From: a virus
Reading direction: 5' to 3' (one strand)
Virus genome (UHGV): UHGV-0214148
DNA length: 64,000 nt
Shown here piece by piece: positions 1-7,884 of this stretch. The number at the start of each line of letters is the position of its first letter. Positions within the stretch are counted from its first letter, which is position 1. Position numbers and translations under genes: made by a program. The notes under the pieces were generated by a model. It was not told the DNA's origin, did no database searches, and worked only from the letters and a program-made list of their open reading frames with translations.

Positions 1-252
1 AAAAGATGAGATCAGTAAGATCACACCGCCTAACGTACGAGGTACGCGTAAGGCTTCGAAACGTCGGCAGTAAGAGCGTACACAATACTCGGAACCTAAG
101 ATAACGATTTCGCAGTATTCTGAACGAATCGGTAGTAATTGAGAAACGAGTTTATCGCACGTTTCTTTGTTGTCTTCTAATAACCCGCCACTGAGAATAT
201 AATTGACAATGTTCTCAGGTGCCGATGTGTTCGCGATTTTATTTTCCATCAT
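1..252 (-). CDS. hypothetical protein, partial (start codon at 252, runs off left edge)
   Basis: Open frame without stops from ATG at 252 to position 1; its ATG overlaps the stop of the upstream gene (TAATG). Confidence 0.5.
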   Translation of the reverse strand, partial: MMENKIANTSAPENIVNYILSGGLLEDNKETCDKLVSQLLPIRSEYCEIVILGSEYCVRSYCRRFEALRVPRTLGGVILLISSF

Positions 253-650
253 TAAACTCCTATTGTGATCTCCGTAATGTGCATTCTTCGCATCTCACGG
301 GTCATTCTCTCCATTGCTCGTTGACACTCGAATAAATTGTCGTAGTATTTCTGGGCGGTAACATTGAATAAAACTCGACCATCTTTCAATTGTTTAGCAG
401 CGACTCTTATAGTTTCCGATTCAAACAACCGACCGCCTCCCCTGCCAACCTTAACCATAACGTCACGAATAGTAACGTTTATAAGTTCACCGTTAGGGGA
501 AGTCACAACCTCCGTATACCAGTCACCTTCTTTAACGACATATTGTACTCTTTTACCACACAGCCAGTTTTTAACTTTCCCGTTAACAAACAGTTGGGCT
601 TTTAATGACAAACGCCTTTTTAAGTAAAATAAACGCATCATGTAAATCAC
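252..650 (-). CDS. hypothetical protein (132 aa)
   Basis: ORF track; same strand and tight spacing with neighbours. Confidence 0.6.
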   Translation of the reverse strand: MIYMMRLFYLKRRLSLKAQLFVNGKVKNWLCGKRVQYVVKEGDWYTEVVTSPNGELINVTIRDVMVKVGRGGGRLFESETIRVAAKQLKDGRVLFNVTAQKYYDNLFECQRAMERMTREMRRMHITEITIGV

Positions 651-684
651 CTTATCTCCCTCGGCGTTCCCGAGGGAGAGCTAA

Positions 685-966
685 TCACAGTTTCTCTTCT
701 ATTGTATCTAATCGAACTAACGCATCGTGACTGACTTTACGTGCATGTCCAATCGTACTGCCTAAAGCTTTTGTTGTTGGGTCTAAGGTATTCAGACGGT
801 GATACTGATAATCGATATCCCGTATACAACGCGCCTGTTGTTTTACCATCCGAATTAATTGTCGTTTGGTTTGACGATTGTTACTAAGTTCCTGCCGTAA
901 CCGTGCGTTTTCTTTATAAAGCTCCTGTTGACGTGAGTTAATTAATCCCAACAACCAATCTAACAT
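685..966 (-). CDS. hypothetical protein (93 aa), charged/Q-rich and probably helical
   Basis: ORF track; tightly packed with flanking genes. Confidence 0.6.
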   Translation of the reverse strand: MLDWLLGLINSRQQELYKENARLRQELSNNRQTKRQLIRMVKQQARCIRDIDYQYHRLNTLDPTTKALGSTIGHARKVSHDALVRLDTIEEKL

Positions 967-968
967 TT

Positions 969-1484
969 TTACCCCCGGTGCAAGAAAATACGGTTAGTGT
1001 TTTCGAATTTCGGTTCCGTCCACTCTAGTTCCCAGTAAGCCTGGTTAATATCGCGAGACGTAAGTTTCAAATTCGAAACGCCGGGGATATCGATCTGTTG
1101 CAGTAAATTAATAATCGTCATCAGCTCTTTACGAGGACGGTTCCAGATAACTTCAAGATATTCCTTTAGGCGTTCTGGGTAAGCGACAGGACGAATATAA
1201 ACTAACCCAGAAGGATACTCAATTGCTGAGGGCGTTCTTGGCACTAACCAAACCCAGTCTTTTAATAGCGGTCCTGGGTGATAGTTGGAGAGTTGGGTAA
1301 GCGCGTTTGCGACCGAACAGCAACGGAAGTAGGTGATATCCCAATCGCGTTCATGACAATTTCGCGCAACGATAACTTTTAAACGGTCAATAGGTTTACC
1401 GTCGATGGTCGTAACACCAGGTTGATTCGCCAGAATCTGACGTTCACGTTTAGTGTAAAGATTCATGTTAATATTTACTGACAT
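969..1484 (-). CDS. hypothetical protein (171 aa)
   Basis: ORF with AAAGGAG RBS 7 nt upstream of ATG. Confidence 0.8.
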   Translation of the reverse strand: MSVNINMNLYTKRERQILANQPGVTTIDGKPIDRLKVIVARNCHERDWDITYFRCCSVANALTQLSNYHPGPLLKDWVWLVPRTPSAIEYPSGLVYIRPVAYPERLKEYLEVIWNRPRKELMTIINLLQQIDIPGVSNLKLTSRDINQAYWELEWTEPKFENTNRIFLHRG

Positions 1485-1510
1485 TTAATGCTCCTTTAGG
1501 TAAATGGTGT

Positions 1511-1519
1511 GGGGGGGGG
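1511..1519. repeat. homopolymeric G9 tract (intergenic, upstream of RBS of 969..1484)
   Basis: Read directly from sequence. Confidence 0.95.
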
Positions 1520-1533
1520 TAGTTAATGCTTCG

Positions 1534-2376
1534 TTATTTAAGATTCTGAATTTCTCTCATCTCGTTACAAAACTTATCAAACAACTGGGCGTATTTGTCA
1601 ATGTGATTTTCGAACTCCCCAAAAAGGTGGCGTGAAAGGCGTTCGCTGACTTCCTTTTCGTATTTCTCGAGAAGTTGTTTAAAATATTCACTGTCTCTCT
1701 TAATTTTCTTCACATGGGATTCCAAAACTTTAAGAATCCATGATTCGTTTCTGATCAAGAGATTCAAATTACCTTCAAGATATTTGCTTTGATAAATCAT
1801 AAATTCGCGGCCTTCGAGTTCATCTTTCACGCGTCGGATAAACTCGCCAGCATTGGCTTCGCTAATATCTTCAACTGTAAATACCAGAACATTTTCTCCC
1901 TCTATGTCTTCCAATAGTTGATTTAAAAGAACACGATAGCTAGTATATTCATAGTTCACCCTAAGTACGTTGTTTTCAACCAGATAAGTGAATTTGTCGC
2001 TGTAAAAAAGGTATAATATCGATCCAATTTTACCTGCTTGTTTGGGGGTAAGCGGAATCTCGTCTGTGAAGTAAGCGACGTCTTTTGCGGTGGGCTTGTC
2101 TTTTAGCCTACAAGTCATTTGATCGGGTATTTCTTGCCCTTTAGGCATCTCAACAGGCCGTACCAAAATATCCATAACTGCACTAATGAGCTTGTTAGAG
2201 AAATCGACCTCGCCTTCTACCCAGAAAATATTAAATGTTTCCGATTTAACTTTATAGTAAAAGGTGTACGTTTTTTGTAACTCAGCGATTTCCTTAATTT
2301 GTTCTTCTGTGGGGATAGGGGAGATCTTAAACCTGCTGATGACTTTTTCTTCTTCGGTGAGTTCGAACTGTAACAT
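1534..2376 (-). CDS. hypothetical protein (280 aa)
   Basis: Long ORF in operon-like minus-strand arrangement. Confidence 0.8.
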   Translation of the reverse strand: MLQFELTEEEKVISRFKISPIPTEEQIKEIAELQKTYTFYYKVKSETFNIFWVEGEVDFSNKLISAVMDILVRPVEMPKGQEIPDQMTCRLKDKPTAKDVAYFTDEIPLTPKQAGKIGSILYLFYSDKFTYLVENNVLRVNYEYTSYRVLLNQLLEDIEGENVLVFTVEDISEANAGEFIRRVKDELEGREFMIYQSKYLEGNLNLLIRNESWILKVLESHVKKIKRDSEYFKQLLEKYEKEVSERLSRHLFGEFENHIDKYAQLFDKFCNEMREIQNLK

Positions 2377-2387
2377 GTTATAGTTCC

Positions 2388-2831
2388 TTAAATCATACCT
2401 GGGAATTCGAAATCGATTTTATCTAAAAGTTTGTAGTCGTCTTTTAGTTGAAGCATTAGTGTATTCTTAAACAGTTCAAGTGAACCGATAAAGTAAGCCG
2501 TATAGCAGCTACCACGAACAGAAGAGGAAAGACCCAAGTCTCTTAAACACTGTTTCAAGATTTCATGTTCTTCAGCGGTACCGAAAAGTTGGAAATTGAT
2601 AACGGTAATCTGTTTATTAATGATTGCCGATAACCATTCTTTAATTCTTCTCGTGGTTATACGTTCTTTGAAATCACTAGCTTCTGGCAACCAGGTAATG
2701 TGAACGAACGGTGCATCGTAATCCACGAGAACTTTTTGCTGCCAACGTACTTGCATCAAACCACGAATACGGTTTGCTAACGTTTCAGAATCACAAAGTA
2801 ACATAATGCCGTTAGTAGTATTTGGTTTCAT
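2388..2831 (-). CDS. hypothetical protein (147 aa)
   Basis: ORF track; 4-nt overlap with upstream gene. Confidence 0.75.
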   Translation of the reverse strand: MKPNTTNGIMLLCDSETLANRIRGLMQVRWQQKVLVDYDAPFVHITWLPEASDFKERITTRRIKEWLSAIINKQITVINFQLFGTAEEHEILKQCLRDLGLSSSVRGSCYTAYFIGSLELFKNTLMLQLKDDYKLLDKIDFEFPGMI

Positions 2832-3679
2832 AATTGCCCTTCCTTCTTAATGTAATCTTCAACCAACTTATCAAACACGATTTTTATTTTCTCGCGTTCA
2901 TCTTCATTCAATTCACCAGAACAGGTTAGCCCATTTATCTTTCCGTACCGTAATTCCAACACATATTTCAACCGATGACGTAAGGCTTGTTCAAAATGCG
3001 TCGGGATATAGATCGGTTCGAAGTTGTGTAATAAAGTAAAATTGTCTTCGGTGTGTTTAGGGGGTTCGAATTTTACTTTATCTAAGATAGTAAGCCAACG
3101 GTGTCTGTCGACTAACCGATCGTCCCAATAAACCGGTTTTGTCTTAGAGGGAGTAAGTGTGTTGTAGTTACTGGAATCAGAGACACGGAAATTTGCCGTG
3201 ACATAAGTCTTCGAGAGTAACGAGAGAAGACAAATCGTACCTTCTTCAGAGAAACTTAAACCCTCGTCGAGTACGTCTTTAGCTTTCTTGAAGTAGTCCT
3301 CAATATAGTCTTCAGCAATTGGTTGAATTTCTACCTCCATACAGCTAATTTGGGGCCCGTCTATCCGTAAAGGAATTTTTAGTTCAGCAATATATTGCCT
3401 ATCCGATGTATAAGCTCGCGTAATAATAGGGTACGTAACAGGCTTAGCTAAATGACGATATTCGCCATCGCTAATGACTGAGAGACGTCCAAAGCCATCT
3501 TTATTCGATTTTGAAAAACTGTAAAGGTCTTTTAGATACTCCAGATACTGGTCATCCGTCATTTCATCGGTATCAAATTCACGAATGTAAAGTTGATTAA
3601 AAGATCCCTTTGTTTGTTCGTAGTAATAACCAGGGTCCCTATTTGCTAGAATGTGCGGGAGATAATACGGGTGATACAT
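2828..3679 (-). CDS. hypothetical protein (283 aa)
   Basis: ORF with AAAGGAGG RBS; preceded by conserved promoter-like motif and a terminator. Confidence 0.85.
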   Translation of the reverse strand: MYHPYYLPHILANRDPGYYYEQTKGSFNQLYIREFDTDEMTDDQYLEYLKDLYSFSKSNKDGFGRLSVISDGEYRHLAKPVTYPIITRAYTSDRQYIAELKIPLRIDGPQISCMEVEIQPIAEDYIEDYFKKAKDVLDEGLSFSEEGTICLLSLLSKTYVTANFRVSDSSNYNTLTPSKTKPVYWDDRLVDRHRWLTILDKVKFEPPKHTEDNFTLLHNFEPIYIPTHFEQALRHRLKYVLELRYGKINGLTCSGELNEDEREKIKIVFDKLVEDYIKKEGQL

Positions 3680-3723
3680 CTAATCCTCCTTTAGGCTATA
3701 ACTAATGGAGTGAACGTAAATTT

Positions 3724-3760
3724 CACTCTCTCCTAGGTAATATATATCTGAGAAAAAATA
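3724..3760 (-). promoter_or_regulatory. conserved promoter-like motif copy 1
   Basis: Minus-strand consensus TATTTTTTCTCAGATATATATTACCTAGGTGAGAG about 45 nt upstream of the ATG, directly after a terminator. Confidence 0.5.
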
Positions 3761-3796
3761 TAAAAACCGTAGGATGGACTAAGTCCATCCTACGGT
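3750..3796 (-). terminator. intrinsic terminator after tailspike gene
   Basis: Hairpin CCGTAGGATGGACT-AA-GTCCATCCTACGG followed by T-run on minus strand. Confidence 0.7.
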
Positions 3797-3801
3797 TTAA
3801 A

Positions 3802-5922
3802 TTAAATAACTACCCAGCTTTTGCCATCGGAACCAATCTGCATTAGCGTAATACTTTCATTGGTCTCAATGGGTTTGGCAAGACCTTCCGTCCCACTCTT
3901 TGGAGTGATGAGAACGTTTGAGTTTTCCGGTTTAACGATGATCTTACCAGCCTTATTTGCCACGATCTGTATATTTCTACCCACACTATATTCTAGATCA
4001 GGAATAGTAAGTTGGCCGCCACGGTTGGTGGCTGGGAAATACACATAAGACGACACATCTTCCTCAGATAACACTATACCACCAGAATCACGATTGACCG
4101 AGATCTCAAACTTAGAAATATCGATATCGTAGGCAGTAACTTTCGTAATATCTGTCAGAACCAATTCGTTCAAATCGGTATTAGCTGGACTGTTCGCCAG
4201 ATCAAACGGAGTGCCATTCTTGCCGTCAAGCACAGGTGTGACTTTGATTTTATTGTCACCCGGATAAATGATTTCAAGCGTATGCCAGTTATTATCGTAT
4301 GCACCAAAAGTTCCTAATTGCGCATTCTGCTTTTTATGATGCATCAGATAAAGATTCGTAGCGTCGGTCTGTAAGAAAAAAGACATTAGGTACGGGTTCG
4401 TCTTAGCCACACCAGCGTCAGCAAGTGTAGTACCAGAAGGTAGGTCGGACGCGGAAATACGCCAATAAAGTCCTAATCCGAAACGATCTGCTGCTAAATC
4501 ACCTTTTAGTCTAAAAGTAACGGTCAGACGTCCACCGTAACGTATCATGTCCGCAGCAGTCGCCATTGACTTAGTTACATTCCAAGGTTTCATCGTTACA
4601 GCCTTTCTTAATTCGACGAAATGCCCGTTTCCATCCTCAGTTTTTTGCACGGTTACGTTACAATCAACGATATTGTTCCAACCTTGCCCTTTCAGGGAAC
4701 CATCTCCACGACGACCGTTATAACCAACAGACTCTACTAATGGGGTATAGCTTCTTACCACATTCATATTGTCTTTGGAGCTCTTAGTGTCGTTCTTCGT
4801 CAGGAACATTGCACCAATCGCTGTTCTTGATAATATCTCGGCAGCTATTCTCTCTGAGATAATACCGCGTCGTGCCCAAGAACTGAAATGACTATTCCTT
4901 TCTGCAGACGTCCAGTTATCAGAACTACGGGAGGCAGCACCGTAATAGGCAGCACCAGTGATATTAGGATCGTCAGTGGGATCATTAGTCGGAACATGTT
5001 GGCCATTATCGTCGTACATGAATGGAACAAAAAAGATATTTTTTTGTTCGTTGTTACGATAATTACCGTATATGGTTTCATATTGAGCAGGATATTTTTC
5101 CTTCCAATAATAGGTAGTGTCCCCACAGATCCATGGTACTTCGGCGGTGGCGTACTCGGGCATCTGAGAGAGATGGTCAGAGAGATCAGTTCGGAAACGC
5201 TCTACCATTGCGTTAAATAACGCTGGTTGTTGTGCGTATTGTACTTTAGTCAGATCATACTCTCCCTGCATCCACACTACAGCCAAGAGTTTATTTTTAG
5301 GATTAACTTCCAGGGCTTTTTTGGTCCGGCTAACTAAATCTTTATAAAGCGGTTTGTCCACCCCCCATACCGATGACGCCGCAGAGGCTCCTGTGGCTTC
5401 ATCGAAGGTACCTTCTGCACCACCCGTGAAAGCAGAACCGCCGCGTGCGCAGGGTACTAGTAAGATACCGGCGTTCTTAGGAATATACGGGAGAAGACGC
5501 TTCGCGATATGAAGACCTTGACCCACACATCCGTATTCACCTTTGTCTAAATTGGCATTGGGATGCGAGTATTTGGACATATCTTGCACGTCGTGCAGAC
5601 AGTGATCCGCTGGAATGACGTCGTTATATTTACAATCAGCCCCATTAGGCGTTACCTTCGCACGGCGCGCCATCTGTTTAATTCGCGGATCGGGAGCGTC
5701 CAACGTCGCCGGTAGAGGCAACCCTTCACCATAACTCATCGCATTAGATTGCCCGGCTATAGGAATCACGAAGTAATACTCCGGCTCCGTCGTGCCCTGA
5801 AGTTTTGCAATATCAATTTTATATTCTTTTTCTTCCTTAGAAAGAAGAACTAACGCACCTTTGAGATCGCCAGAGAAATTGTCGAGTTCATGGATACGTT
5901 TCTTTCCAATTGGCTGACTCAT
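3802..5922 (-). CDS. tailspike / tail fibre protein with carbohydrate esterase (SGNH/SASA-like, GQSN motif) domain
   Basis: N-terminal about 35 aa is similar to the N-terminus of the 1479-aa fibre (shared anchor domain). Motif IPIAGQSNAMSYGEG resembles the catalytic GQSNM block of sialate-O-acetylesterase-type SGNH hydrolases found in esterase tailspikes. Confidence 0.6.
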   Translation of the reverse strand: MSQPIGKKRIHELDNFSGDLKGALVLLSKEEKEYKIDIAKLQGTTEPEYYFVIPIAGQSNAMSYGEGLPLPATLDAPDPRIKQMARRAKVTPNGADCKYNDVIPADHCLHDVQDMSKYSHPNANLDKGEYGCVGQGLHIAKRLLPYIPKNAGILLVPCARGGSAFTGGAEGTFDEATGASAASSVWGVDKPLYKDLVSRTKKALEVNPKNKLLAVVWMQGEYDLTKVQYAQQPALFNAMVERFRTDLSDHLSQMPEYATAEVPWICGDTTYYWKEKYPAQYETIYGNYRNNEQKNIFFVPFMYDDNGQHVPTNDPTDDPNITGAAYYGAASRSSDNWTSAERNSHFSSWARRGIISERIAAEILSRTAIGAMFLTKNDTKSSKDNMNVVRSYTPLVESVGYNGRRGDGSLKGQGWNNIVDCNVTVQKTEDGNGHFVELRKAVTMKPWNVTKSMATAADMIRYGGRLTVTFRLKGDLAADRFGLGLYWRISASDLPSGTTLADAGVAKTNPYLMSFFLQTDATNLYLMHHKKQNAQLGTFGAYDNNWHTLEIIYPGDNKIKVTPVLDGKNGTPFDLANSPANTDLNELVLTDITKVTAYDIDISKFEISVNRDSGGIVLSEEDVSSYVYFPATNRGGQLTIPDLEYSVGRNIQIVANKAGKIIVKPENSNVLITPKSGTEGLAKPIETNESITLMQIGSDGKSWVVI

Positions 5923-5925
5923 CTA

Positions 5926-6438
5926 CTACTCTCCAAAAGTTAAGATTTTATTGTCAAACGTCAACACGACAGAATCATCACCGATGCCACACGGTGTTTC
6001 ATCTGGGCCGAAAACCACCACGGAGAACTGTCCTTTATAAGCGATGGAATTTGGAGCGATGCTAAGCGTTACCGCGTCTTTACCTACCGTGAACGACTGG
6101 TCGGTTAAATCGTCGGTTTGTAAGTTAGCACCACAAACGGCATTGACGGATTCGATAAGATCGTGTGCATTAAACCCTTCACCTATTACTTTTACCAGAA
6201 TAGGTTGTTGGTTTAACCACCGCTCTGCGGTTAAACGGTTGTAGTAGATTTGCAACGTTCTGTTTCCAGGACGTTTAATCTTTACAATGGCAGTGGAGTC
6301 ACGATCCATTTCATCACTGGTTTTTACGTCACTGACTTCAACCTCGTTCTCTTGCAAGTCAAGTTGGAGGTCATGGTTAACCAGTGAAATAACCATGTTA
6401 AGTGAAGTTAGTGATAAATCTGGTGTGAATTTTTCCAC
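5926..6438 (-). CDS. tail-fibre-associated protein, paralog of 12527..13087 (GTG start)
   Basis: GTG start with AGGAGG RBS; clear similarity to 12527..13087 (PDLSL...LVNHD..., YY.RL.A...L...PIL, N..D....VN..CG.NLQ..DL); sits immediately upstream of a fibre gene. Confidence 0.7.
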   Translation of the reverse strand: MEKFTPDLSLTSLNMVISLVNHDLQLDLQENEVEVSDVKTSDEMDRDSTAIVKIKRPGNRTLQIYYNRLTAERWLNQQPILVKVIGEGFNAHDLIESVNAVCGANLQTDDLTDQSFTVGKDAVTLSIAPNSIAYKGQFSVVVFGPDETPCGIGDDSVVLTFDNKILTFGE

Positions 6439-6492
6439 GTATGTTTACCTCCTAAGGTTGGGGGTCATAAAATATTGACTAAAAAACATTCA

Positions 6493-6501
6493 CCCCCCCC
6501 C
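6493..6501. repeat. homopolymeric C9 tract (G9 on coding strand), intergenic between adhesin paralog and fibre-associated gene
   Basis: Read directly from sequence. Confidence 0.95.
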
Positions 6502-6535
6502 ACGATTATTTTCAACCGCTTTCAGTTGAAAATAA

Positions 6536-6979
6536 TTAGCTAATTCTCAAATCACGCAGTGCGCCTGTCGATTTCATCGCGTTTTGGAACGCGCCACTGA
6601 TGTTATTAGTCCAGTAATAATGCTGTCCGTTAATAACCTGCTGATAGGTCAGTGCGCAGGTGTTACCACCTAAATTTACGGTAATGTTAGAGGCTCTGCC
6701 TCCTTGTAAGTAAACCGCTAAAGTAGGCTTTGCGTTGGCAACTATCGTCGTTAACTGTAACTCAATACCTACTAAAGTTCCCACCCCGCAGTTACCCGCG
6801 TTTTGAATGGTTCCCTGATTTTTCTGGTTTAACGGCCAGCTTGGTCCTACCGCGCCCCATTTCTTACCTAAAGAATCGCTATATGCAGCGGTTGCAATTT
6901 TACAGCCCATAGATCTTCCCACCATTTGACTCATCATAAAAGGTCTACCCAATCCTAATTTACTACCAGCAGCGCTCAT
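6536..6979 (-). CDS. gp38-like tail-fibre adhesin paralog; annotated from internal ATG, true start probably ATG at 7044 disrupted by G10 tract
   Basis: Paralog of 7298..7843. Upstream ATG (7044..7042) with AGGAG RBS is followed by G10 then TAA; one extra G restores a 22-aa extension MGGGVTGSWVGSSAKNETGEQW that matches the N-terminus of the paralog. Confidence 0.6.
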   Translation of the reverse strand: MSAAGSKLGLGRPFMMSQMVGRSMGCKIATAAYSDSLGKKWGAVGPSWPLNQKNQGTIQNAGNCGVGTLVGIELQLTTIVANAKPTLAVYLQGGRASNITVNLGGNTCALTYQQVINGQHYYWTNNISGAFQNAMKSTGALRDLRIS

Positions 6980-7032
6980 CCATTGTTCGCCCGTTTCGTT
7001 CTTAGCCGAAGAACCGACCCACGAACCGGTTA

Positions 7033-7042
7033 CCCCCCCCCC
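7033..7042. repeat. homopolymeric C10 tract (G10 on coding strand) immediately after an ATG with AGGAG RBS; frameshifts the adhesin paralog N-terminus
   Basis: Read directly; minus strand AGGAGatcgcgATG-G9-TAA. Confidence 0.95.
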
Positions 7043-7056
7043 ATCGCGATCTCCTG

Positions 7057-7287
7057 TTAAGATTTTCTACATGTTATTGAATCGAAAGCACCACGCCCAA
7101 CCCAACGCCAATTATAATGATGATCAGCTTTATAAAGTGTGTATCTGCCCTGCTTTTTTACGTCGAAAATATTGATCGTAGTCTCTTCATTACCCAGCTT
7201 AGCTGTGCCGTAACATACAGGTTCGGGTAGTTGTTGACATCCACTTACTGTAAGCAATGCGAAACCCAGTAAAACTTTTCTTAACAT
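7057..7287 (-). CDS. small lipoprotein (76 aa; signal peptide with lipobox LTVSGC)
   Basis: N-terminal MLRKVLLGFALLTVSGC is a typical signal peptidase II substrate; located between the two adhesin paralogs. Confidence 0.65.
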   Translation of the reverse strand: MLRKVLLGFALLTVSGCQQLPEPVCYGTAKLGNEETTINIFDVKKQGRYTLYKADHHYNWRWVGRGAFDSITCRKS

Positions 7288-7297
7288 CTTTCTGTCC

Positions 7298-7843
7298 TTA
7301 GACTACACTTATTGAAATTGTTGCACCGTTCTGATTAAATAACCAGTTGGTTGCCGTCTTAGCCTCATAGCGCCGGACGCCGTTACTGTAAGAGTACGGT
7401 AGAAAAGTAATCTTCGTTCCGTTAAACGAAAGCGTAATATTCTGATTTGGTCCATTAGTTAGGGCCATGTAGATAATACCAGTATTTTGTACTTGGCTAA
7501 GATGTGTGACGCTACAACCCAAGATCGAACCTGACACCGAACCGGCCGCATTTTGTGTTTGCACACGATTCGATACTGTAGAACCAGCACCCGTTGTTGT
7601 AGAGTTGTTCGAATACCCCCCATACGTATTTGTAATAGGAACCCACTGCGTGTTCGTAGCCTGCACCAAAACAACATAGGTTGATCGGCCTACAACGAGT
7701 TTAAGATCCTCTACGCTACGCCCGACCATCTGCGACATGTTAAATGGTGTGCTCAGTTTAAGCTTATTACCTGCCACACTCATCCACTCCTGACCGGTTA
7801 CTGCCTTTGCTGAGCTTCCAACCCAGCCGGATGCTACCCCCAT
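7298..7843 (-). CDS. gp38-like tail-fibre tip adhesin (181 aa)
   Basis: N-terminus MGVASGWVGSSAKAVTGQEWMSVAG...MSQMVGRS resembles, from memory, the conserved fibre-attachment N-terminus of T2-type gp38 adhesins; directly downstream of the long fibre gene, as in T-even 37-38 order. Confidence 0.55.
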   Translation of the reverse strand: MGVASGWVGSSAKAVTGQEWMSVAGNKLKLSTPFNMSQMVGRSVEDLKLVVGRSTYVVLVQATNTQWVPITNTYGGYSNNSTTTGAGSTVSNRVQTQNAAGSVSGSILGCSVTHLSQVQNTGIIYMALTNGPNQNITLSFNGTKITFLPYSYSNGVRRYEAKTATNWLFNQNGATISISVV

Positions 7844-7884
7844 AAATCCTCCAAACTAAAATAGGGGGATTACTCCCCCTATCT

